23,323 nucleotides of DNA from Octopus sinensis (taxonomy: Eukaryota), in the NCBI RefSeq assembly GCF_006345805.1, contig NW_021836613.1, positions 1 through 23,323 on the forward strand, given 5' to 3'. Below the pieces are notes generated by a model. The model was not told where the DNA came from. It saw nothing but the letters and a program-made list of their open reading frames with translations, and did no database searches. Within the stretch, counting starts at the first letter, position 1. Every line of letters begins with the position of its first letter. The position numbers and the translations under genes are program-made. This document shows, one piece after another, positions 1 to 10,766 of the stretch.

Positions 1-189
1 TCAACACACAAACACAGCATTTGATGTTCAGTCAGCCTAAGATTATCAACGAACATTTGTTAGGGGATGATGGGTGGTGGGGGGGTTGGGGCGGATTGTT
101 GCAGTAAAAATATGCACACCAGACAAATGCAAAAGACACTTGCATCATGCAGACAGAATGTATTATTATGTATTTGGGACTGCTAAATC

Positions 190-226
190 TTTCTATACAT
201 GTGTGTGTAAAGTGCATGTATACATC

Positions 227-271
<45 letters not shown>

Positions 272-447
272 CATACATATACATGTGTGTGTATATGTGT
301 ATGTGAGTATGAACATGTGTGTGTGTATACACATGAATCTACAGAAATAAAGAAACCATATATATATATAATACACACACACAACACATATATACATATG
401 ATGATGATGATGATGATTACACACACATATCTATCTATCTATCTATC

Positions 448-485
<38 letters not shown>

Positions 486-495
486 ATATATATAA

Positions 496-534
<39 letters not shown>

Positions 535-560
535 TACATATACAGACACATACATAAACA
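190..560. repeat. Compound microsatellite (TG)n/(ATG)n/(TATC)n/(TA)n
   Basis: Directly visible runs; they generate the CV/HT/YI-repeat ORFs at 32-640. Confidence 0.97.
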
Positions 561-566
561 CAGATA

Positions 567-864
567 TTTATGTGTTTCAGTCATTAGACTGTGGTCATGC
601 TGGGGCACAACCCAACCTTGAAGAATTTTTATTCAAATGAATCGACTCCATTACTTATTTTTAAAGCTTAGTACTTAGTATATTAATATCCTTTGCCAAA
701 CTGCTAAGTTACAGGGATGCAAACACGCTAACACTGGTTGTCAAGCATGGGGTGGGGAGAATATAAACACAAAGACACGTACATAAATATATACATATAT
801 ATGTATGTATATATTTATATGATATATATATATATATACATATATACATGTATATACATATATA

Positions 865-900
<36 letters not shown>

Positions 901-921
901 TGTATATATATAATGTATGTG

Positions 922-970
<49 letters not shown>

Positions 971-1095
971 TATATATAGGACAGGCTTCTTTCAGTTTCT
1001 GTCTACCAAATCCACTCACAAGGCTTTGGTTGCCCGAGGTGCCACGTACTGAGACTGAAGCCAAAACCATGTGGTTGGGAAGCAAGCTTTTCACA
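567..1095 (-). mobile_element. tRNA-derived SINE family A, degenerate copy with expanded internal (TA)/(TATG) microsatellite
   Basis: Reverse-complement match to the full copy at 4993-5396: tail gtttcagtcattagactgtggtcatgctgg near 573, and head-side ttcagtttctgtctaccaaatccactcacaagg and accatgtggttgggaagcaagct at ~990-1090. Confidence 0.85.
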
Positions 1096-1143
1096 CATAC
1101 ACACACACTCACACACACACACACACACACCCACACACACACA

Positions 1144-1202
<59 letters not shown>

Positions 1203-1256
1203 CTATATATTTATATATTATATATATATATTCTATATATATGTATATATATATAC
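1096..1256. repeat. (CA)n and (TA)n microsatellite
   Basis: Directly visible. Confidence 0.97.
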
Positions 1257-1763
1257 TCACAAGGAAGTTATCTGGCCTTGCATATGAAATGTAGCATTCG
1301 TTTGTTAATTAATTAGTTGAACCTCAATCATGGTAATACTGCACAAAAATATTTTCTCAAACACATTGTTTGTACCATTTGTAACAAAGATGCCTCCCCC
1401 TCCATTCTACTTCTTAAAAATCCATTTGCATTTCAACAACTCACTATGAACGGAAAGGTGCAAAGAACTTTCTCTTGTTCTTCTCTTAATTGCTAATCTA
1501 TGTTATTCTTGAATTTCAAAATCAAACTTGCGATCCCACCAACTATGAAGAGATGATTATCTCCCTTGTATTAACTGTCCACTAGAGGACACTACAATAC
1601 ACACACACACAGTGAAGAAAAAGAAAACTTTCTTCAGGGAATTCTTTCCATCTATAAAAAATGTCTGGTTTCATAAAATGCTTAATTAATAAACCTTGGG
1701 TTATACCATGCTGACGATTTCTAAAATGAATGAAATAGTGCTAGATAGAAATTTTAAGAACTT

Positions 1764-1939
1764 CATGGCTGTGTGGTGAGAAGATTACTTCTCAACTACA
1801 TGGTTTTGGGTTCAGTCCCACAGCATGGTACCTTGGCCAAGTGTCTTCTACTATAGCCTTGTAAGTGGATTTGGTAGACAGTGTCTCTGTTTGTCACCCA
1901 TGACTGCTTGAAAACTAGTGTTGGTGAGTTTATGTCCCC
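1764..1939 (+). mobile_element. SINE family A, internally deleted copy
   Basis: A-box-like tggctgtgtgg and B-box-like ggttcagtccc, then aagtgtcttctactatagcc and gtggatttggtagac as in 4993-5396. Confidence 0.85.
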
Positions 1940-2089
1940 ACCTTTTCTATTAACCAGTTATTAAAAATTTTCTTTTTTTAATCAAATTTCTGATATTAAA
2001 ATTGTGCGTAAAAAACAAAAAAGAATTTCACAGATTTAATCATTTTAAATTATTCCCCTCTCGGTGCAATCCTTTGACCATAAATTCTA

Positions 2090-2160
2090 TATCCTAACTC
2101 TAAAACCTAATCATAAACCTTAGCTCCTAAAAACCTAACCCTAACTGCAATCCTAATTCC
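2090..2160. repeat. Degenerate CCCTAA-like array
   Basis: cctaactctaaaacctaatcataaaccttagctcctaaaaacctaaccctaac; probably inside an old non-autonomous element. Confidence 0.55.
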
Positions 2161-2864
2161 TTTTTCTTGTAGGATTGTACTGTTTAATACATCTAATTAT
2201 GAAAAATTTTTTAGAATAAAATGTAAAAAATGGAAACGCTGTGTAGTCTGAAATGGAAATTTTTGAGGGCTGGCAATAAATTTATGAGGAATGGAATTTT
2301 GTTTTGTTTTCGTTTCTTTGTTTTTCTTTTTCAGAATCCTAAAAAACTTTTTCCAAATAACAAGTAAAAATAGAAACGTTAGGCAGGTGGGGGTTTATAT
2401 TACACAATTCTGTCAATATACATGGATTTTATATATTATTTATTAATATATTAATAAGCACAGATGTGAGTGTTTAAGAGTGTCACTTCGTGACCACATG
2501 CTTTTAATTTCATTCTACTCAATGCCTTCATTAAAAACATTTAATTAACATATCAAGCAAGAATTGTTGAAAATATTTCAATGTCTCATTAGTTCAAGAC
2601 CACATGAAAGTCAAGATGAATATTTTATCAAAGTGGTTTCCAGGTTAAAATAAAAGAAGAATTTTCTTCCAAAATTAATCATTTTACTTTCATTGCTATT
2701 AAGTAATGAAAGCAAAGTAGTTGTCAGCTACAGAGAAGCTGCCAGAGACTATAAAACATGAAGCGTGATGCCATTATTCATGTTGGGGTCCACCAGTGGA
2801 ATTAATTAGATGCACCATGGTGTGATCCATGTAGAGCTGTCACTGTCATAGGTTTATTTCGTCC

Positions 2865-3030
2865 TTTTTAGCTTTTACTTGTTTCAGTCATTTGACTGCG
2901 GCCATGCTGGAGCACTGCCTTTAGTTGAGCAAATCGACCCCAGGACTAATTCTTTGTAAGCCTAGTACTTATTCTATCGGTCGCTTTTGCCAAACCACTA
3001 AATATACATATACACACAAAATACATATAG
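2865..3030 (-). mobile_element. SINE family A, 3' portion
   Basis: ttttacttgtttcagtcatttgactgcggccatgctggagcactgcctttagttgagcaaatcgaccccagg is the reverse complement of the family A tail. Confidence 0.92.
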
Positions 3031-3034
3031 GCAG

Positions 3035-3325
3035 TTCGTGCTTGTTTCTGTCTGTTTGCAACCACTGCCACGGCTGATTCTGATGAAACTTGACACTAGC
3101 TATTCATAATTCAAAGCAAAAATTTTGAAATCCCCCAGTTCTGAAAAAAATCGATAATTCGACATGGGGTCGAGATCAAAACACAAACCAAAACTGTCTA
3201 GGGGACGCAACTCCACCTTTTTAACTCAAAAAAATTTACCATCATTTTTTCATTTTTTTGCTATCTATAACTCTCTAAAAAGCTTTATAGTTATTTCCTT
3301 ATAGCACGCCGGGCAATACTGCTAT
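3035..3325 (+). mobile_element. Non-autonomous Helitron-like remnant (3' end)
   Basis: Ends cgccgggcaatactgcta, resembling the 3' end tgccgggctatactgctag of the Helitron at 19398-19849; the 5' arm of the hairpin and the terminal G are lost. Confidence 0.55.
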
Positions 3326-3334
3326 AATATATAT

Positions 3335-3610
3335 TATCATCATCATCTCATCAAATGACCATGCTCGCCTGAGTTCGACAGTTTGACTGGAACTGGTAAG
3401 CCGGAGACCTGCACCAGGTTCTAGTCTGATTTGGCAAAGTTTCTACAACTGCCAGCCCTCCCTAATACCAACCACTCCAAAAGTGCAATCGGTGTTTTCT
3501 AGGTGCAAGTTACATGACACCAGCACTTGGCTTGACAAGTCTCCTCAAACACACCTAATTGCTAAAGATCTCAGCCACTTGTCATCACCTCCATGAGGCC
3601 CAAAATTCAA
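3335..3610 (-). mobile_element. RTE-related short retroposon, old degenerate copy
   Basis: (ATC)n tail followed by a diverged match to the family (gcaccagg, ctagtctgatttggcaaagtttctacaactg, ccaaccactcc). Confidence 0.75.
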
Positions 3611-3630
3611 ACATTATATATATATATATA

Positions 3631-3798
3631 TCATCATCATCATCATCGTCGTTTAACATCCGCTTTCCTTCTACATGGGTTGGACGTTTGACTTGGGCTG
3701 CCAGATGGCTGCACCAGTCTCCAGGCTGATCGCAGAGTTTCTAAGCTGGATGCCCTTCCTAACCAACCACTCGGAGTGTAGTGGGTGTTTTACGTGCC
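3631..3798 (-). mobile_element. RTE-related short retroposon, 5'-truncated
   Basis: (ATC)n tail + gtttaacatccgctttcc ... ctggatgcccttcctaacc; reverse complement of 8880-9197. Confidence 0.88.
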
Positions 3799-3818
3799 AT
3801 ATATATATATATATATAT

Positions 3819-4126
3819 GGAGGCGCAGTGGCCCAGTGGTTAGGGCAGCAGACTCGCGGTCGTAGGATCGTGGTTTTGATTCCCAGATTGGGCGCTGTGA
3901 GTGTTTATTGAGCGAAAACATCTAAAGCTCCATGAGGCTACAGCAGTGGGGGGGGGGTGATCCCTGCTGTACTCTTTCGCCGCAACTTTCTCCCACTCTT
4001 TCTTCTGTTGGCCTGCTCGCTTAGCCAGCGGGGTGGTGTCATTTGAAGGCTAAATCAATGTGAAGCGCATTGTGACCAGTGATGTGTAGCAACATCTGAT
4101 AGCCTGGTTGGTCACGTAATCATGTG

Positions 4127-4127
<1 letters not shown>
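3819..4127 (+). mobile_element. tRNA-derived SINE family B, apparently full length
   Basis: Head ggaggcgcagtggcccagtggttagggcagcagactcgcggtcgtaggatcgtggttttgattccc (A box, decayed B box); homologous to 7492-7650 and 8498-8691; ends in (TA)n. Confidence 0.9.
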
Positions 4128-4179
<52 letters not shown>

Positions 4180-4679
4180 TCTCATGTGTTTGTATGTACA
4201 AGTGAATCTACTGTAATAAACTTTATTGTGTATTTTGAATGTATATAAATATATTTAACTCTTCTTTTGTGCCACTTTCAGTAGAGTGGGAGGAGGAACG
4301 GAGACAGGAAAAGAGAGGAAACAATGAGTGGATTATAAAGAAAAGAGGCAAATGACATGTTGAAGGAGAAAGAAAGTAAAATAGCAAAAAAGAAGGAGAA
4401 GGAAAGAGTGAGGAAATAAACGGAGGGAAGGTAAGAGGAAAGGACGGTTGCACACAGTATATGAAAACAGACTCAGGAACACAAAATTAAATGCAGAAGA
4501 CTTATCATACACACACACACAAAACTATCTGATGGAGAACATGCATGAACAAACATACAAAACTAAAGAATATTCACAAAAGGCAGACATAGTGAAACAC
4601 ACATCATGCACACATCTCACAGTAATTAAACAGAAGCATAAACAAACAGAAAGAACCTCAAACACAGAACATGAGCAAA

Positions 4680-4680
<1 letters not shown>

Positions 4681-4738
<58 letters not shown>
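4681..4738. repeat. (CA)n microsatellite
   Basis: Directly visible. Confidence 0.98.
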
Positions 4739-4739
<1 letters not shown>

Positions 4740-4992
4740 TGTTAATGAAAATCTGAATGAATAAATTTAGCAATTATGTGCAGACGATCAGAAACTAATT
4801 TCTCACAGAAATGAATATTTTATTTAAAATATTTGTACAGTGAATGCATTGTTTCTTTTTCAAAGTAAATATAGATATTCAGTAAATTTCGTGCTTTCAC
4901 TTTGGTTTCCTTAGTTTCCTTCCTCTCTCTCTTTCTTTTTTTTTTTTAAATAATACAGCAATAATCAGCAATCTGATTTATTAAAGAAAACG

Positions 4993-5396
4993 TAGGCATA
5001 GGAGTGGCTGTGTGGTAAGTAGCTTGCTTTCTAACCACATGGTTCTGGGTTCAGTCCCACTGCGTGGCACCTTGGGCAAGTGTCTTCTTCTATAGCCTCG
5101 GGCCAACCAAAGCCTTGCGAGTGGATTTGGTAGACAGAAACTGACAGAAGCCCGTCATATATGTGTGTGTGTGTGTGTGTGTGTGTCTATCTGTGTGTCT
5201 GTGTTTGTCCCCCCAACATCGCTTGACAACCAATGCTGGTGTGTTTGCACCCCCGTAACTTAGCGGTTTGGCAAAAGAGACCGATAGAATAAGTATTAGG
5301 CTTACAAAGAATAAGTCCTGGGGTTGATTTGCTCAACTAAAGGTGGTGCTCCAGCATGGCCGCAGTCAAATGACTGAAACAAGTAAAACAGTAAAA
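4993..5396 (+). mobile_element. tRNA-derived SINE family A, full-length reference copy in this window
   Basis: A-box-like TGGCTGTGTGG, B-box-like GGTTCAGTCCC, internal (TG)n and an agtaaaa-repeat 3' tail; many other copies or fragments occur in the window on both strands. Confidence 0.95.
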
Positions 5397-5670
5397 CCTG
5401 GTTTCTTTATACACATACACTACACACACATTTCTAATGTCTCATATGAATTATACAGCTTGAACTTTGTAACAAATACTTCCAGCAATGTGTTTAAAAT
5501 AATAAATACACATAAAATGACCCTCAGATTGTCATTTATATATCCTCTATAATACAAGGGGGTTAGGGTTAGCCAAAAGCTCCTGGCTTTGGATAAAAGG
5601 AAATACAGGAGAACCAGTTAATTATGATTTTATGCAACATATTCCACTCTTGAAATTAAAATCTCACAGA

Positions 5671-5880
5671 TTGTGTGTCTTTGTGTCTGTGCTTGTCCCC
5701 TAGTGCTTGATAATCAGTGTTGGTGTGTTTACATCCCCATAACTTAGTGGTTCAGCCAAAGAGACTGATAGAATAAGTACCGGGCTTTAAAAAAAAATAA
5801 AGTACTGGGGTTGATTCATTCAACTAAAAATTTTTCTAAGCCGTGCCCTAGCTGCAGTCTAATGACTGAAACAACCAAAG
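5671..5880 (+). mobile_element. SINE family A, 3' half (diverged)
   Basis: gtgtctgtgcttgtcccc ... gagactgatagaataagtacc ... aatgactgaaac matches the 3' half of 4993-5396. Confidence 0.88.
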
Positions 5881-6489
5881 GGTTAAAAATGTCTATAAAG
5901 AATGGAATAAACTGAGAACAAGCTATTTTTTCCCAGTGAATTTCTGTCAAAGATCAGAACCAAATCAGGCAACTAAAATCAGAATAAACCTTACACTCCA
6001 AAAATTCGAACCAGGAATTCAAACCCTGCTAAGATCTTATGTGGAACTGAGTGAGAAAGAACATGGTCTAGACGTGCACAGTGGTAGCTCATAATTCCAC
6101 AGGTTACTGTATTAAATCCACTGCTAGCTTCATTAAGAGCAGATTTCCCATGCAGCTGCACTTGTTTAGCCAAGTTAAGCTCCAAAAGTCAAAACCAAAT
6201 TTGAAAATGTGATAACATGATACAGAAAGAAATCACCAAATGAACGAATGGAGAGCCACGTGGAAAATTATTAGCTCTATGAGAAAAAGACATAGGAAGA
6301 GAAGAAACGAAATCAAATTAAATAACTGGATTGAGAAATCTGTGATTACAGAAGTATGAAGCCGATTACGGAACTGGATTAATGAAAACTAGGAAATAGT
6401 ACCATATAAAAACTTTAGAAATACACAACGTTACAAATGAAGGAATCATAACTCCTTCCATAATAATTCAGTGACTATTGTTTAGGGCT

Positions 6490-6605
6490 TAGGGTATTTG
6501 GCTCTTGATTATGAGTTCAGACTGCTGGGGACATGTTGTGTCCTTGAGCAAGACACTTCATTTCATGTTGCTCCAGTCCACTCAGCTGACAAAAATGAGT
6601 TGTGG
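6490..6605 (+). mobile_element. SINE family C fragment
   Basis: gtgtccttgagcaagacacttcatttcatgttgctccagtccactcagctgacaaaaatgagt, homologous to 20845-21050 and to the segment after the head in 13076-13414. Confidence 0.75.
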
Positions 6606-6659
6606 GTGGGTGGGTGGATGGATGGATGGACGGACAGATAGACAGACAGATAAATAGAC

Positions 6660-6722
<63 letters not shown>

Positions 6723-6925
6723 CAAACAGATAGATAGATAGATAGATAGATAGACAGACAGATAAATAGACAGACAGACAGACAGACACAGACAGAGATG
6801 GATGGATGGGTAGATAAATAGACAGATAGATAGATAGATAGAAAGATAGACAGACAAACAGACAGATAGATAGCTAATAGATAGATATATATGGGTTTGA
6901 GTAGGTTGGTTGGTAAGTAGACAAA
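6606..6925. repeat. (GGAT)/(GATA)/(GACA) tetranucleotide satellite
   Basis: Directly visible; source of the SIYL-repeat ORFs. Confidence 0.97.
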
Positions 6926-7491
6926 TGCAAACAACATTGGCTAAAAAATATAGATTTGTAGACATAAGGAAAAAGGATTTAATTAAATTTACTTTCATCT
7001 CTCATCAATCACCTCTCCATTAATTACTCGCTGTTAATTAACTGAAGATGAAATATATAAAATAAATGAAGGGAAAAGGAAAATTATAAGATGGGGTCTC
7101 TCTCTTTAAAACAAGAGCGTGTATATTTACAGGTACATGCACACCAATATGTTATGGTGAGTCAATGCTTTTTTTAGTGTCAACATATTGTCCACAAGAT
7201 AATAGTGTTAAGAGAGAGGGATGAGGGGAAGACAATGAGACAGGGAAGCAGAAAGCAGGGGAAGTGAGGAAGAAGAGAAACAGACATATTGACAGTGAAA
7301 GGAGAGAGAAAAGTGGAGAAATGACAACAAAAATGGGGAAGAGTGGAATGTAGGGTACATTTATAAAACTGAACATAGGTGATCCTATTATGACCAGGGT
7401 CAATCCACACCCCACAGACCTTCACCCAATGGGGCATGAGCCCATAAACCCCGCTTGATTTAGGCCTCCACACATGCAAAAGGACCTCTGT

Positions 7492-7650
7492 GGAGGCACA
7501 TGGCCTAGTGGTTAGAGTAGCGGACTCGCGGTCGAGGGATCGCGGGTTCGAATCTCAGACCGGGCGGTGTGTGTTTATGAGCGAAAACACCTATGCTCCA
7601 CGCGGCTCCAGCAGAAGGTAGTGGTGAAACTTCTGCTGACTCTTTGAGTC
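7492..7650 (+). mobile_element. SINE family B, 3'-truncated, best-preserved tRNA-like head
   Basis: A box TGGCCTAGTGG and B box GGTTCGAATC in ggaggcacatggcctagtggttagagtagcggactcgcggtcgagggatcgcgggttcgaatctcag; continues into the SINE body rather than a tRNA acceptor stem. Confidence 0.9.
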
Positions 7651-7660
7651 TTTCTCTTTC

Positions 7661-8250
7661 CTCGGTGACTACCAGTACAGCGTTTGCAGAGTCAAATCCA
7701 CCAGAGTTGCTCATGAGTCAGCTTTTGCTTTAAAGAAGTTCAATGAAAGTAATATGCCTGTCCCAAACATCAGCAAATCCTTCGACTGTGTCTGGCATGC
7801 AAATTTCCTCTCAAAACGTCCTAACCCACAAGACACCCCCCCCCCCCGCATCATCTCCCATCCCTTAAATCAATAGTTTCCTTTCACATCACACCATTGC
7901 AGCAGGCATCGACACATGCTTTCTGCCCCGTTCTCAATTAACTCTAGTGTTCCCCAGTGTTTGGTTCTGTCCACCACTCTCTTCTTTTTTATACATAAAT
8001 GACCTACTTTCCACTTCATCCGATAACACCCTTTCTTATGCAAATGACACAAACCTTCAACTCCTGATCAACCTTCCCTAGCTTTGCACCATTGACACAC
8101 AACATCAACACCACTTGCCAAACCTGCATTGACTCCAGAGAAGAGTCACTCAGCTCATTGGATTTACATCACTAAAGGATACACTCCAACCTCTGGCCCA
8201 GGGATATACTGTCTCCTCTCTCGATCTTATCTATCATTACTATAATGGTC
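7661..8250 (+). pseudogene. Decayed CR1-like LINE reverse-transcriptase fragment with frameshifts, stops and an internal deletion
   Basis: Manual translation across frames gives, in the correct order, LGDYQYSVCRVKST (cf. LSDxQYGFRxxRST), NISKSFDCVWH (DISKAFDRVWH), INSFLSHHTIAAGID, INSSVPQCLVLSTTLF (INSGVPQGSVLSPTLF), YINDLL and SYANDT (decayed YADD), then LQPLAQ...IYHYYNGLCLSDL from 8184. Confidence 0.9.
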
Positions 8251-8372
8251 TCTGTCTCTCAGATCTGGTTTATCACCTTCATCACTCAGGCACTCCTAAC
8301 CTACTTGTTTCTCCTTCTCTCAGCACCCTGATGCATCCAACCCCACTTTCCAAGGATCTGACCTGCAAAAGT

Positions 8373-8495
8373 TTAACCCTTTAGCACTTAAACTGGCTAT
8401 ATTCAGCCAAAATAGTCTACCAAAGTATTCTATATTATGTTCAAACTGGTCACATCTGGCTTCTTACATCAACCCTCAAAGCTCCAAGATAATTC
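8373..8495 (+). mobile_element. piggyBac-like non-autonomous element, left end
   Basis: TTAA followed by CCCTTTAGCA is the piggyBac terminal signature; homologous in inverted orientation to 16631-16719. No matching right end seen. Confidence 0.65.
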
Positions 8496-8497
8496 AC

Positions 8498-8691
8498 AAG
8501 TAAGTCAGGGAAAGAATGAGAGAAAGTTGGAGTGAAAGAGTACAACAGGGGTCGCCACCACCCCCTGCCGGAGCCTCGTGGAGCTTTAGGTGTTTTCGCG
8601 CAATAAACACACACAATGCTCGGTCTGGAAATCAAAACTGCGACCCTCCGACCGCGAGTCCGCTGCCTAACTACTGGGCCATTGTGCCTCC
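8498..8691 (-). mobile_element. SINE family B copy
   Basis: The reverse complement reads ggaggcacaatggcccagtagttaggcagcggactcgcggtcggagggtcgc, matching 3819 and 7492. Confidence 0.92.
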
Positions 8692-8696
8692 TGCTG

Positions 8697-8750
8697 ATGG
8701 TGCTCCAGCATGGCTACAGTGAAATGACTGAAACCAATAAACCAGAAAGA
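8697..8750 (+). mobile_element. SINE family A tail fragment
   Basis: ggtgctccagcatggctacagtgaaatgactgaaac. Confidence 0.75.
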
Positions 8751-8879
8751 GATTAATGTGTCCCCCCTCAGGCCTAGATTCATGTAACCCTTCTGTCTGT
8801 TATAAGTTTCATAAGAAAATACTGGGGCAATGTAATTGATTAAAACCCTGCATTGCAATGCTCTGGTATCATTTCACAC

Positions 8880-9197
8880 AGTCCAGTAGTTGATGCCGGT
8901 GGCACGTAAAAAGCACCATCCGAACGTGGCCGATGCCAGTGCCACCTTGACTGGCTTCCGTGCCGGAGGCACATATAAAGCACCCATCCGATCGTGGCCG
9001 TTGCCAGCCTCCCCTGGCACGTAAAAAGCACCCACTACACTCACAGAGTGGTTGGCGTTAGGAAGGGCATCCAGCTGTAGAAACACTGCAAGATCAAACT
9101 GGAGCCTGGTGTGCCTTCTGGCTTCCCAGATCTCTGGTTGAACTGTCCAACCCATGCTAGCATGGAGAACGGACGTTAAACGATGATGATGATGATG
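8880..9197 (+). mobile_element. RTE-related short retroposon with internal ~60-bp tandem subrepeats and (GAT)n tail
   Basis: gttggcgttaggaagggcatccagctgtagaaac core, three ggcacgtaaaaagcacc-type units, and 3' ggagaacggacgttaaac(gat)n. The RTE link rests on my recollection of the aggaagggcatcc motif and was not searched. Confidence 0.85.
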
Positions 9198-10130
9198 AAA
9201 TTAATAAATTAATAAATTAATAAAATATTTTATCCTATTGATTGATCACTTGTTTTCATTTATTGATAAATTCTTTTTATTTATGAAGTTATTTATTTAT
9301 TTGGATGTGAAAAATCATTCATTCACATTTTGATTTAACTAATTGAAGGAGATTGAATCAGATGTCATGGAACAAGATCAGATCAGATCATCAATTCAGT
9401 GAGAGGGAGAAGACAATAAAACAAACATAAAATGAAAACAAAAAAAAAAGGAAAGACAAACGAATGTGAAACAAAACAAAGTCAGTGTGGTAGAAATTTT
9501 GAGAAAGAAAAGAAGCAAGCATTCTCTCCTACTCTCCTCTCTGTCTCTGTCTGTCTCCTTCTCTCTTGTCTTTGCTCTCTTTCTCTTTTTCTCTCTCTCT
9601 CTCTTCACTCAAAGACAACATGTGAATGGAATTTGAGAAGAGATGGAGAATGTCTTGTAGAGCTTGTACAATGTAACTATGTTACAACAGACATAATGAA
9701 GGAAGGTAGTAGTAGTAGTAGTAGTAGCAGCAGCAGCAGCAGCAACAGCAGTAGTAGCAGCAGCAGCAACAGTAGAATCACCTACTGCCACTGTTGTTTT
9801 GGCTGCTGTTGTCACTTACTTTTAAGGGTTTCAAAGTGACATTTTGTTTGGTCCAGCATAAAAATAAAACAACCCCCAAACACCCCTCTACACTGTACAT
9901 ATCAGAGAAACAAGATCACACTTGCAGTGCATTTGCAAAATGTGTCAGAAAAATGTTATCTCGCTTTCGATAGGAGGAGAACAACAGCAGCACTAATTAC
10001 CTGATAAAACCAAACATGACCACAAACACCACCAGGTCTCAAAGTGCTAACCACAACAGCCAAATATACTGCAAGTTGCATCCTTACTGTTATTGAACAG
10101 AGTAGCTCGCATTCGATAAAACAGTCCCAG

Positions 10131-10391
10131 ATATTCTGTTGTGTCTGGGGAGAGTCATTCTCTTTTAGTGCCTTATTATTTAACACACACACACCGGTAG
10201 AATTTCCACTTTTTTTTCTTTCTTATTTTTATTTTCTAAACTTTTCGTTGCGTCTTGCATGAAAAGGTTGCAAGATGCAACGAAAATTTTAGAAAATAAA
10301 ATAAGAAAAAAAAAGTGGAAATTCTACCAGTGAGTGTGTTAAATAATAAGGCCCTAAAAGAGAATGACTCTCCACAGACACAACAGAATAT
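10131..10391. repeat. Long inverted repeat (arms 10131-10259 and 10269-10391, 9-nt spacer) flanked by a 16-bp direct repeat
   Basis: Arms are reverse-complementary with a few substitutions and two small indels; aaacagtcccagatat occurs at 10119-10134 and 10444-10459. Confidence 0.95.
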
Positions 10392-10766
10392 GCTTCAACA
10401 CACGAACTCATATAAAGAATCTTGCAAACCAAATCTAAAAACGAAACAGTCCCAGATATGATGTATCTGAAAAATAAGTCTGGACTGTCAGACAGCCCCT
10501 TTCATCAAATGTTAGTTCAATTAGTGATAATCTGGGAACCCGACGGGATAACCCTCTTTGTATTCAAGGCAGATTTCTAGTCTGCAACATGATGTGCAGT
10601 GACACATTCTCTGGCTCCAACCTTGCAGCATTGGCTACAAAGCTGGGTGTATTTTATTTTGATGTTGATGTTGACATACTTGACTCAATAGGTCTCCTCA
10701 AGCACAGCGGGTGACCCTACAATCCAAGGTTAGCACAATATATATATATCTATATATGTATATATA

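Noticed and set aside
32-1316. Long ORFs of 80-190 aa (HT-, CV-, YI-repeat), and similar ORFs at 6517-6998, 11688-12121 and 22250-22855
   Set aside because: They are translations of microsatellites that lack stop codons in some frames; no domain content.
3080-3110. Other CTGATGA matches (3080, 16936, 18431; minus strand near 11338) as hammerheads
   Set aside because: No paired stem II followed by GAAA and no stem I or III; the heptamer is expected by chance in this composition.
5991-6185. SVPHKIL in the minus-strand ORF as an RT motif (FDSVPH)
   Set aside because: The flanking DxxKAFD and downstream GVPQG motifs are absent.
7492-7575. tRNA gene (also 3819, 13076, 20845)
   Set aside because: A and B boxes are present, but there is no acceptor-stem pairing and the sequence continues into a multi-copy SINE body.
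10088-10466. 54-nt minus-strand micro-exon (ttttcag acceptor at 10467, GTAAGG donor at 10087) reconstructed by removing the palindromic insertion
   Set aside because: It depends on the TSD interpretation; neither open frame (IHHIWDCFIECELLCSIT or TSYLGLFYRMRATLFNN) is recognisable, and such splice-like motifs are common by chance.
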